Below are positions 40,901 to 53,841 of a stretch of DNA of 64,000 bases, one piece after another. A program made the position numbers and the translations under genes. Position 1 is the stretch's first letter, and every line of letters starts with the position of its first letter. Location of the stretch: the IMG/VR virus record IMGVR_UViG_3300045051_000720, positions 155,465 to 219,464 of that record. The stretch is one strand, 5' to 3'. The notes beneath the pieces were generated by a model. It had not been told where the DNA came from. It worked only from the letters and a program-made list of their open reading frames with translations, and ran no database searches.

Positions 40901-42623
40901 CAGAATTTCACGCTCGACATCATCTATGACGGCATCGCCGACCCCATGCGCGAGGTATCGCCCGGCCCGTCTAGGGAGAATCCCTGATGGACACGCCGCG
41001 CGGAGCTGCTAGACTACGCCCGATGCACCTCACCTATACGATCAGCCCCGACCGTCGCACCCTCACGATCCGCGCCGATGAACGCACTCGCGTGGAGCTG
41101 CGCGAGTTGCTGGCAGAAAACCCCGACCGTGACAACCTGTGGGACGCTTTCGAGAACCTGATATGCAACAGCGAGCTGGGATGGATCGACCCCGCCACCT
41201 GTGGCGATCTGACGGACGCTCCGATCCTTGGCGTGCTGAGCGATGAACGCCCCGGCAAGGGCCGTGATGGGGACCTTGGAAGCGGGTCCGTCCTCGTTTC
41301 CACTGGGCGCGATGGGTTCACGGTCTGCGATGTGGTCGAACGGTGGGGCTTCATGTCCTACGCCGTGCGCGATCCCCTCGCGGACCTCTGCGACACAGGC
41401 GAGGCCGTTTTCACCGCGCCGTGATGCAAACCCTGCTAGACACTCACGCCGCCGGGCTGCGCGTTGATCGGGTCTCCCCGCACCGTTGGACGGTCTGGGC
41501 TCCTTCCGATCAAGCCGCCGACACCCTATCCCGCGCGCTGCTTCCGTTCATGGACGCCGGGGTTGAAGGCCACGAGTATTGGCGCACCCTTGGCGAGATC
41601 GTGCCTGTGAAGGTGATGCGGAAGGGCAGAGATCGCGTGAGGGTGCTTTCGCCCGGCTACCCGCCGCGCGGGATGTTTTCCAATCTCCGGGCGCTGGAGA
41701 GGGTGTTGACGGTAGGGTGATCTCCCGACTAGACATCCCATCCGGGTCTGATAGACTGCGCCCCGATGAAACACGCTAACGGCTTTTACTATCTCGCCCC
41801 CCTCCTACGCTGCGACACGATCCGCGATCTGCAATGGCGACTGACGCGCAAGGCAGAGCAACGCGATCCTCGCTTGCTGGAAACGGTCGAGGTTCGCCCG
41901 ATGGTATGGGACCGCCGCCACCGCGATCTCGTGGCTCAAGTCCACGCGCAGATCATGGAGCGTTGCAAGCGGTTGTTCCCGCGCCTGTTGCGCTCCTATG
42001 AGTGGATCGCCGAGCGCAACTGCGAACACCTTGCGACGTTGACTCCCGAACAGGCCCGCGCCGCGTTCGATCTGTATCACAACACCGGGTTAAACGGCGG
42101 ATCGTGGGGTTGTCTCGACTGGTTCGAGGTACTGCCCCCGGGTATCACCCATCAAGCCGCCGCCGATGCGTTGGGTGAAGGATTCACTGTTGATCGCGGC
42201 TGGCACAACGAGGGCGGGCGGTCTGTCAAGCGGCATAGTGAGTTCACCCCCGGCGCGGCGAAGCCACGCAAGGGGACAATGGTGGCGAAACGCATCTAGT
42301 GTGATCCCCCTCTGGTATTGACCCAACGATCTGCTATCCTACCCCCCATGACAACCCGCCAACGTTTGACTGAGGATCGCACGCGCCGCGCCAAGGTGGC
42401 GCAACAAGATCGCGTTTTCGCCTATATCGCCGAGCAACGCGCCGCCGATCCCCAAGCGTGGGACGCCAAGGTAAACGCTTTCGTGCTCGCCAACGATTGC
42501 GCCGGGGCCACCCTACAGCCTGACGGCTGGTTCACGGACCCGCAAGGGCGGCGGCTTTACCCCGTGGGCTCGGTGCGCTGGCAATGGGAGGAAGAACGAT
42601 TCGCGGCGGCAGAGTTGGGGTGA
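37936..42623 (+). other. mostly individually promoted hypothetical ORFs (37936-38337, 38385-38870, 38902-39186, 39234-39566 secreted, 39750-39992, 39989-40234, 40278-40487, 40484-40987, 41023-41424, 41424-41720, 41766-42299, 42348-42623)
   Basis: most start 6-8 nt after a -10 box of the palindrome-promoter module. Confidence 0.65.
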
Positions 42624-42667
42624 TCCCCCTATTGTGCTTCCCAGCCCCTATGGTATAGTCACCCCCG

Positions 42668-43297
42668 ATGAATCCGACTACCGAATCCCCCGAATCGCTC
42701 CCCGACTATCAGATCGCCGCGCAGGAGCTTGCCGCCCTTTGGGCCGCCCTTGGCTTCACTGCCGAGATCACTGGAGCACACGCTGCCATTGAGCCCGCCA
42801 CCTCTGCGGAGGGTCGCGAGTGGGCACACGTCGCCGCTACCGTCACGATCACCCGTCAGCCCATGGACAATGGGCACGGGCGCACGATGGGCAAAGCCGC
42901 TTCCGCGTCCTTTGACTGGAAAATGGGGATAGGTTTGGCCGATTGGCCCGCCATCCTCAAGCGCACGCATGTTTCATCCGACGACTACGTTGCGATCAAG
43001 GCCATGGCCGGGCATGGTTCCCTCTCCGCCGCCGCGCAGGTGAGGCTTGCCGCCAAGTACCTGCCGGCCTTTGTCAAGCAGGTCAACCCCGCCGAAGTGC
43101 TCGCGCGGTGTTGCGCGGACGGTCAAGAGGCTTCCGGCTCATCCTTTGAGGATTGGGCCGGCAATTTCGGTTACGATACTGACAGCCGCAAGGCGGAAGC
43201 CGTTTATCTCGCCTGTCAAGAGGCGGGAACCAAAGCGCGCAAACTGGTTGACGGCAACACGTTCGCGAAGCTTGCCGAGCTGGCAAACCGGCTTTAG
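42668..43297 (+). CDS. conserved hypothetical protein
   Basis: SFEDWAGNFGYDTDSRKAEAVYLAC motif seen in phage/plasmid hypotheticals. Confidence 0.7.
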   Translation: MNPTTESPESLPDYQIAAQELAALWAALGFTAEITGAHAAIEPATSAEGREWAHVAATVTITRQPMDNGHGRTMGKAASASFDWKMGIGLADWPAILKRTHVSSDDYVAIKAMAGHGSLSAAAQVRLAAKYLPAFVKQVNPAEVLARCCADGQEASGSSFEDWAGNFGYDTDSRKAEAVYLACQEAGTKARKLVDGNTFAKLAELANRL

Positions 43298-43346
43298 GGT
43301 TTCCCCTCACTTGACTCCCTCCCCCTATTGTGGGACACTGCGAGCG

Positions 43347-43730
43347 ATGAACAAACCCAACACACACGCCCCGGCCGCCACCGCGCAGACGATCAACACG
43401 CAAACGCCCGGCCCGCTCACCGTCGCAGCACTCTCTGGCAAGATCACCGCGGGCGGCATGACCATTGCGGCGAGCTACGATCTACGGCATGACAGCCACG
43501 GCAAGGAGGAGCATGCGAACCGGCGTTTGCTCGCCGCCAGTTACACCGCCTTTGACCGCGCCGGGCGCGAGCTTGGGATCGATGCGGTCGATCTGGCGGA
43601 ACGGATCGATCTCGCCGCGCTGATTCGTGCGGCCCGTGAACTGCTCGACGCCGCCGAGCGCGACACGTTCAAGAGTCACGGACGCGGGCAGAGTGAGATC
43701 GAAGCGATGCGCCGAGCATTGGCGATCTAG
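43347..43730 (+). CDS. hypothetical protein
   Basis: leaderless ATG 43347. Confidence 0.6.
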   Translation: MNKPNTHAPAATAQTINTQTPGPLTVAALSGKITAGGMTIAASYDLRHDSHGKEEHANRRLLAASYTAFDRAGRELGIDAVDLAERIDLAALIRAARELLDAAERDTFKSHGRGQSEIEAMRRALAI

Positions 43731-43779
43731 GGCCAACCCCCCATAGACACCTGCCCCGCTTTGGTCTAACCTTGGGACG

Positions 43780-44373
43780 ATGAAAACGATTGCGCTTCCC
43801 GTTACCGTCGCCGCTATGCGCGGCGAGAATCACCCGGCCGATTTTAAGCTTGCCTTGGCAGGCGGTTTGACTGCTCACATCCGAACCGAACGCGACGACG
43901 ATCACGAAGCCCCTTGGGAGGACGGCGACGGGCGCGGGATTGTGTCGAATTGGACAACCCGCGACAAGCGGCCCGGCGAGCGCGTTTTGTCTTCGGACGG
44001 ACGCAGCAAACGGTTTTACGATTACGCGGCGACCATTGAGATCGCCAAGCGTGACGGCTGGGACGCCCCGCCATACAAGACGGGAACGAAGGACCAACAG
44101 GCCGCGCGAGCCGTTGAGGCCGATTTCGAGTTTTGCCGCAGTTGGTGCGCCGATGAATGGGAGTATATTGGCGTGATCGTCACCCTTACGGACGGCACCG
44201 GGCGGAAGGTAGGCAAAGATTCGATTTGGGGGATCGAATCGTGCGAGAATCCCGGGCATGGGTTTTATTGGCACGAACAAGCGGCCGAAATGGTCAACGC
44301 CCTTGCCGAAGCGCACGCCGCGGAGAGTGCGGAACGTGCCGAGTGGGAAGCCCGGGACACGGTGACGATCTAG
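43780..44373 (+). CDS. conserved hypothetical protein
   Basis: DEWEYIGVIVTL..DSIWGIES motif. Confidence 0.7.
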   Translation: MKTIALPVTVAAMRGENHPADFKLALAGGLTAHIRTERDDDHEAPWEDGDGRGIVSNWTTRDKRPGERVLSSDGRSKRFYDYAATIEIAKRDGWDAPPYKTGTKDQQAARAVEADFEFCRSWCADEWEYIGVIVTLTDGTGRKVGKDSIWGIESCENPGHGFYWHEQAAEMVNALAEAHAAESAERAEWEARDTVTI

Positions 44374-44423
44374 GGTGTAGTCCCTACTAGACAAACCCCC
44401 GATCCTCTGTCACACTGGCGACG

Positions 44424-45095
44424 ATGAACACAACCGCCCCCGCCAACCTCGCAACCCTCGCCCCGGCCATTTGCCGCGCGCTGGGGTTTAACAGCCTCCA
44501 CCATTGGACGGCTTCTGATTTCCAGACCTACCCGCGCAGCGACGGTGAATGCACCCTAACCCGCGCCGACGGTCTTGCGCTTTACGTGGTCGCCGGGGGT
44601 TACGGCAAGGCCGGACGCATCACGATCACGCACTCGCGCCCGCGCGGCGTCAAGGGCGAATGGGTCGAGCTTTGGGGCGAAGGCGCCGCCAAGATCAACA
44701 GCCCCGAGATCACCGTTGCGGCCACGGCTGACGCCGAGCGGATCGCCAAGGAGATCGCGCGCCGGTTGCTCCCCGATGCGGAGTGCGTGCAAGGCTTGGC
44801 CATGGCGCGGATTGACGCCGATCGGGCCTACCGGGACAGCCGGCTTGCCCTCCTCCGCGCGATCTGCGAAGCGGCGGGCGAGCCCGTACCCGGTGAACAC
44901 CGCCACAACCGGGAGCAGGTTTACAGCGTTGACATTTACGCCAGCGACGCCGCGCGGAAAGAATACAGCCCGATCGCCCGCGCCGAGGTGCGCGGGGGTT
45001 ATGCCGAGATCAAAGTTGACGCCAAGCCCGGACAGGCGGAAGCCCTGATCGCGTTCCTCCGCTCCCCCGCCTACCTCAACGCGGGCACCGTTTAA
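44424..45095 (+). CDS. hypothetical protein
   Basis: 223-aa ORF behind perfect palindrome-promoter 44371-44423. Confidence 0.7.
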   Translation: MNTTAPANLATLAPAICRALGFNSLHHWTASDFQTYPRSDGECTLTRADGLALYVVAGGYGKAGRITITHSRPRGVKGEWVELWGEGAAKINSPEITVAATADAERIAKEIARRLLPDAECVQGLAMARIDADRAYRDSRLALLRAICEAAGEPVPGEHRHNREQVYSVDIYASDAARKEYSPIARAEVRGGYAEIKVDAKPGQAEALIAFLRSPAYLNAGTV

Positions 45096-45112
45096 CCCTT
45101 CACCCTTTCGCC

Positions 45113-48100
45113 ATGACTCACCCGACCATTACCACGCAAGGCGCCTTGCGCGCCGCGTTTTGGGAGACGTACTCCGATTCAATCGCCCGCCACTACCGGC
45201 GCGGCAAACGTCAAAACGATTACCCCGCCGATGTGCGCATGGCTTGGGTTGACTACGTTGACGCCTGCCAGCGCAACGGGGCGATCTCGGAAAAGCTGGC
45301 GCAGCGTGCGACCCTCTAACGGGTTGCGCTTGTTTCCCCGCTTGACCCGCGCCCCCTCTTTGCCTAGTCTCCCTTTAGGGTGAGAGATCACCCGCTCACG
45401 CAAACGGTTGTGTGTTCATCCTCGGGCCGGTGGGCTAACGCTCGCCGGCCCTTGGTGTTTTTGGGGGTTTGTCCTCAGTTGACGGACGGGCGGCAATGGG
45501 TTAGGGTTGAGGGGATGAATACGATCCCCGCCAAGGTAACAAACCCTCGCGAAGTGCGCTATCTTGCCCCGCAAGGGAGCGAGCTTGCCCCCTACGTCCC
45601 CGTTGGCGACTGGCAACCCTTCCCGGCTTGGCTTCACCTTGCCGATCATATCGCGCACAACCTGCCGCGATCGTGGCGTTGTGAAGGTGAGGCGCGGTTT
45701 TATGTCGCGCCAAGCGGTGCAATCGGCTTTTGCGAAGTCCGCTAGGGTCTTCCCCCCTCTAGACAACACCCCCCGCGATCTGGCAGGATAGCCCCCGATG
45801 AACACAACCGCCGCCCGTTTCACTGTGGAGCACAAAGGCCGCGCACACGGCTTTGCCACTCTCCCCGCCGCCAAGGCTTGCGCCGACAAGGTATTTGCGC
45901 AAACTGGCGTGGCCCTTGGCATCACGCCCGCTTTCCTCATTCGCGACAACGCCGGGCGCGGCTATCTCGCGGCCAACGCTTCAACCTCCTTTGACCTACC
46001 GCGCAATTGGACAACCGCCCGCCGGGCGCGTCTGTTCGCGACGTTTGACGAGGCGAGCGCGCACGCGCAAGCCTTTTTCCGGGCCGGGTTTGTGAGGATT
46101 GAGGCCGCGCAATGAGCCGATCCGCAGAGCTTGCGGAGTTAGAACGGGCCTTTGCCGCTGGCAACGTATCCGCGGAGGTCGCCCAAAAGCGCGCCGCGCA
46201 ACTACTTGGCGCCTTTCGCAATGACTGGCGCACGCGCGGCCGGTGCGTGTTTCTTTGGAATGCCGCCCGCGCCAAGGTGGGAGACAAACAGAAAGCCGCG
46301 CGCAAGCGTGGCACGGGCAAGGGGCGCTAAGGTGTTTACCTTACTAGACAACACCCCCGCGATCCTATAGGGTTGACCCGATGAACACCCCTCGTTACAC
46401 CGTTTTAGACACCTATCCGGCCGATCTCCGCAACGAGACGCCGCCGCGCCGTGAAGAGATCGCAGAGATTCAGGATCGCGAAGCGGGCGATCTGTTGTGC
46501 TACGCCAACCCGGCACACGCCGCGCGGATTTGTCAAGCGGTCAATGGCTACGCCGCCGCCCTCAACGTGCTGCGCGAAGTGCTCGACGATTGCACCGATC
46601 ACACGGGGATCGGGGTGGGCGGCGGAACGCTTGCCCGGGTCCGCGCTGTGCTCGCGGACAACGAGGGAGTAACCCCGGACCCGATCGCCTCCCTCCTTTG
46701 GCGTCTCACCTGTCACGTTGAGGGGTTAGCCGCTTACACTCTCCCCGCGACTGCCGATCTGTGCAATGAAATCCGCCGCACTCTCGGCAAACCGGAGATC
46801 AAGCCGTGAACCTCCTAGCCCCCACCGATCCGCGCTACCTTCGCCGCCTTGTGCGCGAGTGCAACGCCCTGCCGGATGGCTTCTATGCCGATCACGGCAC
46901 CTTGCGCGCCCGATTCAACCGCACCCGGTTTACAACCGCCGGCCACTTCACAAGCGGCGGAGCGTTCCAAGCGCGCCCCATAGGGGATCGCCGTTGGCTC
47001 ACCCTTGATCCCGCACAGATCGCGAGCATAGGCGACGCCTACGGGCGCAACGTGTGCGCGAGTCGTACCCCATGATCGATCCCCTTTCCGCCTTTGCTAA
47101 CGCGATGACGCTCGCCCGGGTTGAGGAATTGACCCGCCAGCGCGACGCCTTACAGCGCGAGATCGCCGCGATTGAAGCACACGATCCCGCGACGCTTGCC
47201 CGGTTTCACCTTTACACCGGGGAGCAAATCACCCGGCATGGACTCGACTGCGCGGCGCGCGAACGGGCGCGGTTCACCCCGGCGGAACAGGCCGCCGCCA
47301 ACGCGCGAGCCCTCGCCGCGAGTCAAGCGGAGTTTGACGCATACAAAGCGCGACGCTAGGCGATCAACCCTAGAGACAAGCGCGCCGCTATGGGTTAGGC
47401 TTGATCTGATGAAAACGCCCCTTTGCTACGTCTTGACCCAAACGCGGGATCGTGAATATGCCCACTTGCGGCTGACAATCCGCCACCTTGGCGATACCCG
47501 GTTCGGTGACTCGCCGACCGCTGAAATCCGGTTTCAAACCGATGCGGAGAATCACAAGAGGACCGGGGGCGGCTTTTGGTACGGTTACCGGATCGAGATC
47601 AACGCCAAGAGCGGCGCGGAAGCCGCGCGCCTTGCCAGCGCGATCACCCGGGTTGAAAAGACGATTGAAGAGCGCAAGTCGGAAGACTACGCCGCGCGCC
47701 AGATCACCCCGGCAAACCTGTTATGGGCTCTGGATCAAGCCAAGATCGGCCGCGCCGTGTTCGATGGCCGGACGGACCTTTACACCTTGATCGGCAAGCT
47801 CCCCGATCCCGCGCTCCGGCAATGGGGCAACCGATCCGTGAGTGTGTTGGCGGAAGACGCGGAACGCGCGCGCCGCTTGCTCGCGGTCAAAACCGCGGAA
47901 TACAGCCTCAGCGCACTTGAAGAGTGGATCGCCGCTGGCAAGCCCGTCACTGAGGGGCGCGACGTTGCGCCGGTAGTCGAACCGCTTGACAAGCTTCTCG
48001 CCGATCCCTTCGCGCCGATTGCCACCCCTCAAGCCCCCGCTAGCATATAGGGGATCAACCCTATAGACGGCGGACCCGTTATGCTATAGGCTACCGGTGA

Positions 48101-48777
48101 TGAACGCAACCCTATCCCGTAACGCCCGGCGCGCTTTGCTTGTGCGCCGTTTTCGTTCGCTTCGCCTCGGCGGAGCTGCCGCCCTTTCCCTCTTGACCGT
48201 CCGCGCCATCGATGCGGAAAGCTCCCGTGAGGCCGCCCGAATTGCGGCGAGTATCGCCAAGGGGCGCGAGCGGGATCGATCGGTACAGGATGACACCCCG
48301 ATCGCCGAGATCGGCGAGTCTCACGGGTTGAGTCTGCGCGGATATACGCTCACACACGCCGACCGCGCCACCCTCGCCGCGAGTTTGGGCCGGGCGCCCC
48401 GCGCGTTGGTCGTCAAATCCGCGCCGGTTGTCAATGATGAGCCGATCGATCCCGGTTTCATCCCGGCCCCGGTTGAGCCCTACGCCCCGATCATCACGCA
48501 CGATCCCGCGATCGATGCGCAAGCCGCGATCGAAGCCGCCGCGGAGGTTGCGGAGATCGAAGCTCGTGACGCGCGCGACGCTGACGCGCTCTCTTTCGTC
48601 TCCGATCTCGAAAGCGGGATCGTTGACTATACGCCGGCCATCCCGACGATCGCGACGGTCGCCCCGGTTGACAACAGCGAACACGCGCAACTCGCGCGCC
48701 TTGTACTGGCAAACGTTGCCATTGCCCGGGAAGCAGCGCACGTCGCGCGGCGCAATGGTCGCACCGTCGCCGCCTAG
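45113..48777 (+). other. run of hypothetical ORFs (45113-45319, 45515-45745, 45798-46115, 46112-46330, 46381-46809, 46806-47075, 47072-47359, 47409-48050, 48100-48777)
   Basis: leaderless promoters, GATC-rich codon usage. Confidence 0.6.
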
Positions 48778-48881
48778 TCTTCACTCTCCCACCCCCGCCC
48801 CGGGTACGCCAAAAGCGCGGCCCGGGGTTGCGTGGTCAAAACGCTTGACACTATCATCCAACATTTTTAGACTAGGGATCG

Positions 48882-49325
48882 TTGGCATCCATCTCTAAAC
48901 TAAACGCAATTATTGAAACCGTCTCCGGAGGAGACGACGTAAAATGCTGGATATGGCCCTATTACAAAAACGCTTGCGGTTACGGTCGAGTCAGTTTCAA
49001 AGGGAAAGCGTGTTTTGTTCACCGCTTGATTTATCAGCTTAGAGTTGGTCCCGTGCCGGACGGATGCGAACTTGATCACTTGTGCCGCAATAAAGCTTGT
49101 TTCAATCCCAAACACCTAGAGCCAGTATCGCATCGGGAAAACGTTATGCGAGGCGATGGAGTAGCCGCGAAACACGCGCATAAAACCCATTGCATACACG
49201 GACATCCATTTTCGCCAGAAAATACACGTATTAGAATACGTCCTAACGGACCCGAACGTGTCTGCATAGCTTGTATACGCAATTACAACGAAAGACGCCG
49301 ACAAATGCGGCTAAAAAATGACTAG
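48882..49325 (+). CDS. HNH homing endonuclease
   Basis: CWIWP..GYGRV..HRLIYQ..GPVPDGCELDHLCRNKACFNPKHLEPVSHRENV..KTHCIHGH; markedly lower GC than flanks. Confidence 0.9.
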   Translation: MASISKLNAIIETVSGGDDVKCWIWPYYKNACGYGRVSFKGKACFVHRLIYQLRVGPVPDGCELDHLCRNKACFNPKHLEPVSHRENVMRGDGVAAKHAHKTHCIHGHPFSPENTRIRIRPNGPERVCIACIRNYNERRRQMRLKND

Positions 49326-51724
49326 ATATCCCGCCACCCCCCGCACCCTTAACCCGGATCACTTCTACGGCTCGACGCCGATCCCGCACGGGCGCACGAT
49401 TCCCCATGACAGGCAATCGCTTGCGGCGCAAGGGTTTACCTTTGCGATCATGGCACTTGCCTTTGTCGCTTTCGTCATGCTTGCCGCTTGGCTCTAGGGT
49501 TGATCCCTCAATCGTGCAAACGGGCTTGACACTGTACCGATCGCGGCTAGGTTCGCCCCGATGAATGCAACCCGTTTCAATCTCACCTTTGAAGTGATCA
49601 CCGAACGATCCGCCGAGCAAGGCGACTTTGCCCGGCATGGATTTTTGCCCCGATCGGGCGATATCCCGCGTCGCACTTATATGCCGAAAAACCCGCACGC
49701 CTTTACGCTGCGCGAAGCGATCGAAATCATGGCGCGACACAATAGCGGGTTTGCCCGCTGCGAGGCGGACAGTTGCCCCGTCAGCCGTCCGCGTTGGCTG
49801 ACGATCCGCGGGGAGATCGATGATTATCCCGGCATGCCGGACGCCCTAGGCGTGTCGCTGCATATCCCGGAGACGGTTAGCACGGCGAGCGCGCGGCGGA
49901 TCGCGCGTTTGCTTGGGTGTTATGGGTTGCCCCGGTTCCGCTCTCACGTCGCGGAAATCGCCTTTGCCATCGGAGCCGATGCCATGCGCGGGCTTGGCGC
50001 GAAAGGGTTTGACAATGACGGGATCGCTGGTCAAACCTCCCCCCGATGAAAACAAACACCCTTGCACCGTTCCGCCAGTGGGGGAACGCTCACCGGCACG
50101 CCGCGCCGTTTGTCCTGCCTTATGCCGTCAACGTTGGCCGGTGAAACCCAACGCGCGCAAAACGGCGCAACCGTTTTTGGCAAACACGCTTCCCCGTCAA
50201 AATCCGTCAGCTCGACAACGCATTCGCGTTTGCCCGCTTACGCGGAAAGGTTAGAGCGGGCTTGGCAAATTATCATCCGACACGGGTATTCATCCGGGGG
50301 CGGTTCCCATAGGGGGATCGCCCCTTGTGCTTTTTGCTATTGACAGGGGGAAGGATCGGACCACACTTCGCCCCGATGAATACTGAAACCATAAGCGCAA
50401 GCGCGCTTGCCATCGTCGCCGGGATCGATTGGGATCGCGGCTATTTCACGCGGGAAGAGTGCACGGCGATCGAAACTGGATTCCGCAACCCGTTCCGCGT
50501 TGAGCGTCTGACGCGCGATCTTGAAGCCGTTCGCCGCGTTGAGAATATCTCAACGGCGGATTTCAGCGACACGGCGCGCGAATGCACGCGGCTGTTTGGC
50601 AACGGTCAAACGCTCGACAAGCCTCTAGAGGCAATGGCGATTGCGCTTGACCACGAAATTTGCGAAGAAAACAAGCGCGCGAACATTGTGCGCGCTTTCG
50701 GATTCAAACGCGGACCCGATGAGGCTTGGCGCTTGTGGATCGTGTTGACGCGGGAAGGATCGAAGCTTTTCCCCACGGAAAAGGCTTGCGCAAACCTTTG
50801 GGCGGGATGGGGTTTTGATGCCGCCGCGTCGCCGCAATCGGAGTATTCTCCGACCGGCCGAATGTTTCAGGGTGAATTGCACGTTCGCCGCGCAAGCAAC
50901 AGCTGCGCGATCCTGACGCAATCCGGCGCGCGAGACGTTTAGGCTTGATCGGATCGGATCAAATCGTCAACCCTGTCACCGATGAAAACGGAAATCCGGA
51001 TCACCCCTAATCGCGATCGGGGCTATGATGCCACGATCTACAGCGTGCGCGCCGTGCGCCTGTCCGCGTTTATGCGCAACCTTTGCGAGCGTACCGGATC
51101 GGATGGGAAGGAGCGCGAACCGATGCACACTGTAAACGCCCCAAGCGAAGCGAAAGCGCGCGAAATGGCGCAAGCTTGGATTGATGCGCAACCCAAGCGC
51201 ACGCGCAAGCCTCGCGCGCTTTCGGAAAGCGAATGCGAGACGCGCGAAGCGATCGCTAACGAAAAGCGCGCGCACGGTTGACCGTCTCTCCCACCCTTCA
51301 CCCCTAGGTTGCCAAAGCCTAGGGGTTTTCTATTTGACAGACCCTCCGGATCGCGTTCTATTGCCAACGATGAAACCCTCGAAACTCTTATCCGATCCGC
51401 GTCTCGCCGCGTCGCGCGACGCTTTCACCCTCGCCGCTAAATACTCGCGCCTATGGGATCAAACCGTTGCGCGCGGGATCAAACGCTTTGGCGAACGTCC
51501 GCAAGGTGGCCACGTCTCCGGAATCTATTCCGAACACTTCCCGCAACGCTGGCAAACCCGGTTGCGCAACCTTGCGCGAGCCGTCACCGAACACTCGGAT
51601 CGCGCCTATGCCAGCAAGCCCGCGCGCGTGCGTCTGGCAACCTTGCGCCAATTGCGCGCAGCAATCCACGCGCGAGACGGATCGGGCTTTTACGGTTAAT
51701 CTGCTACCCTCCGCGCAAGCGTTC

Positions 51725-51749
51725 AACCCGGTGCAAAGCCGGGTTTTTT
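51725..51749 (+). terminator. intrinsic terminator
   Basis: AACCCGG-TGCAAAG-CCGGGTT followed by T-run. Confidence 0.75.
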
Positions 51750-52767
51750 CGTGCCTACTCGCGCAGATTGCATGATGCGGCTGATTTGCATTAGACCTAG
51801 GGGATCAACCCTACCGCACTAGGCTTGCAATCGCGCGCGAGGGTTATACTTTCCCCCCTGTGAATACCTCTAACCCGTCAGATCAAAACGTGGCGCAAGC
51901 CATTGTGTTCTCTCCCGAAAACGAATCAAAAGCAATTGCTTGGCTCCGCACGCGCGGAGGAATTGCGGTTTGGTCTAATAAAGACCTAGGCTCGCCGGAC
52001 CTAGGCTCGCAATCCTTCACCCCGGCATTGACTGAAGACGGCAAGCCCTATCCCTCGCCAAATTGGCGTTGCGGAACGTCCGGACCCGATCGGATCGTCA
52101 CCGATGTCACGCAAGTGATCGTTCAGACCTACCGGGAAGTTGCGCGCGTTAAGATTCGCCGCGGTCTGCCCTATCTGGGATGCGTGCACCGTGCGGATCG
52201 CGATCGTCTCGACAAAGCTTTAGCGGCGGCCGGACCGGCGGCCGGATGGAACGCGGATTATTCCCGTATGGCATACGGATCGCCTTGGTTTGAGGCAGTG
52301 ATCAGCGTACCGGCGGAAACGCGCGCGCCTAACCTTTCGCTCTAATCCCATGAAACTGTCTTCCCCATTTTTCATCTCCGCGCGTTTGGCTCCGGCGGTC
52401 CGCATTGCGGACGCGGTTTTGTCCTTTGATCGCGGTCAATTCGTGCTGGATTTGCCAGACGGATCGGAGCACCGGATCACTGACTTTCACTTTCCGGCCG
52501 GACGCGTGCACGGTGCAACGGATGAAAGCGAATTGCAAGACGCGTTTGGCGCGATCCTGTCTTTCCTGTCAGCTTGTGCCGAGTCTCGCGCATACGCTCG
52601 GCGCCGCGGACGTGATGAGAGTGAAGGTGAAAACAGTGATCTCTTTCCCGCGAACGTCGGCGAGTGGGCGGAAAGTGTATCGGATGAACTTGGCATGCTG
52701 GCATGCGAACTAGAGGAAACCCGCGGATTAATCGCGCCGGAATAGGCTTTCCCTCCCTTCCCACCTT

Positions 52768-52798
52768 AAACCCGCGTGCGTCAATGCTGCGGGTTTTT
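52768..52798 (+). terminator. intrinsic terminator
   Basis: AAACCCGC..GCGGGTTT followed by Ts. Confidence 0.65.
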
Positions 52799-53457
52799 AC
52801 TTGGCTAGGCGATTGCCAGTTGCGAATGAGTTGCGAGTAGGAAAACGCGAAAACGCTGTTGACAGTAGCCAAAAACTCCATTTGCTAGGCGTTGCATGAA
52901 ATCTTACCTTCACACTTGGATCGGAGACGAGCCGCGCGGCTCTTTGCCTTGCACGTTGGCGGAATTGCTGGCATTTGGCGTTCCAATGTCCGCAATCGAA
53001 TCGGATATGCGCGGCGAGTTGAAAACGATTGGACCGTGGCAAATCCCGGTTTCCTACCGTGCGCTAGCAATGTCGACGGTTTACACGGACGAAACGCGCG
53101 CAATGTGGTCCGCGCAGACTGATTCGAAGACCGTGCATGGGATGCGGACAATGACGCAATGTCATCAGGAAGGATATCAACTAGAGGGTAGGGTAACAGT
53201 CGACGGGAAATCCCACCGTGCGTTTACGTCTTCGCAACTCTTCAGCGTTCGCATGCCAGACGGCACGATCAAACTTGTCAAGATGGCCACGATTCATGTC
53301 TGCATCGATGACAAAGAGCAAACCGCGCAGATCACCGCGTTGCGCGCGGCCGGTCTGATTCCCTCTCACGTTGCCAAGCAAAGAGAGCCAATAACTCGCG
53401 CGGAGACTCTTTGCGCGTTGCTTGGCTACCGTTAAAGGGGTTTCTCCTTCCCTTTCT

Positions 53458-53486
53458 AGACCTACTCGCAAGGGTAGGTCTTTTTT
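53458..53486 (+). terminator. intrinsic terminator
   Basis: AGACCTAC-8-GTAGGTCT followed by T-run. Confidence 0.8.
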
Positions 53487-53841
53487 GCGTCTAATGCACA
53501 GGAAAGAGGCCTAGGGAGGGAATGAGGGAAGGTTTCCCCCAATAGGAGGAAAGACAGTAAAAGGAAAGAACCCCAAGGGAGGGTAGCAAAGCAGAGTTTG
53601 GCTAGGGTGGGAGGGTAGTCCGTCCCTCCCTCAATAACCCCTAACTAGTTAGGCACCTAACTATCTCACTTCCCCTCCCTTCCCATAGGTTCAGCCTATG
53701 GTTTCCCCCCTAGGGTGTTCCACGTGGAACAATTAGGTGATCAACCCTACTACTCTAGGCTTGCTCTCTACCCTCTAACCCTCCCTAGTGGTGGCAAGGC
53801 GCAAACCGGGCGCTGAATCCAAAACCTAGTCTAGTCCAACG

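Larger units (their letters stand above)
49561..53435 (+). other. hypothetical ORFs (49561-50049, 50376-50942, 50982-51281, 51370-51699, 51860-52345, 52350-52745, 52896-53435)
   Basis: promoter-associated ORFs separated by terminators. Confidence 0.6.

Noticed and set aside
12084-48063. Integron attC sites for the intergenic palindromes
   Set aside because: They lack RYYYAAC/GTTRRRY boxes and are too short (16 bp); there is no integron integrase in the window
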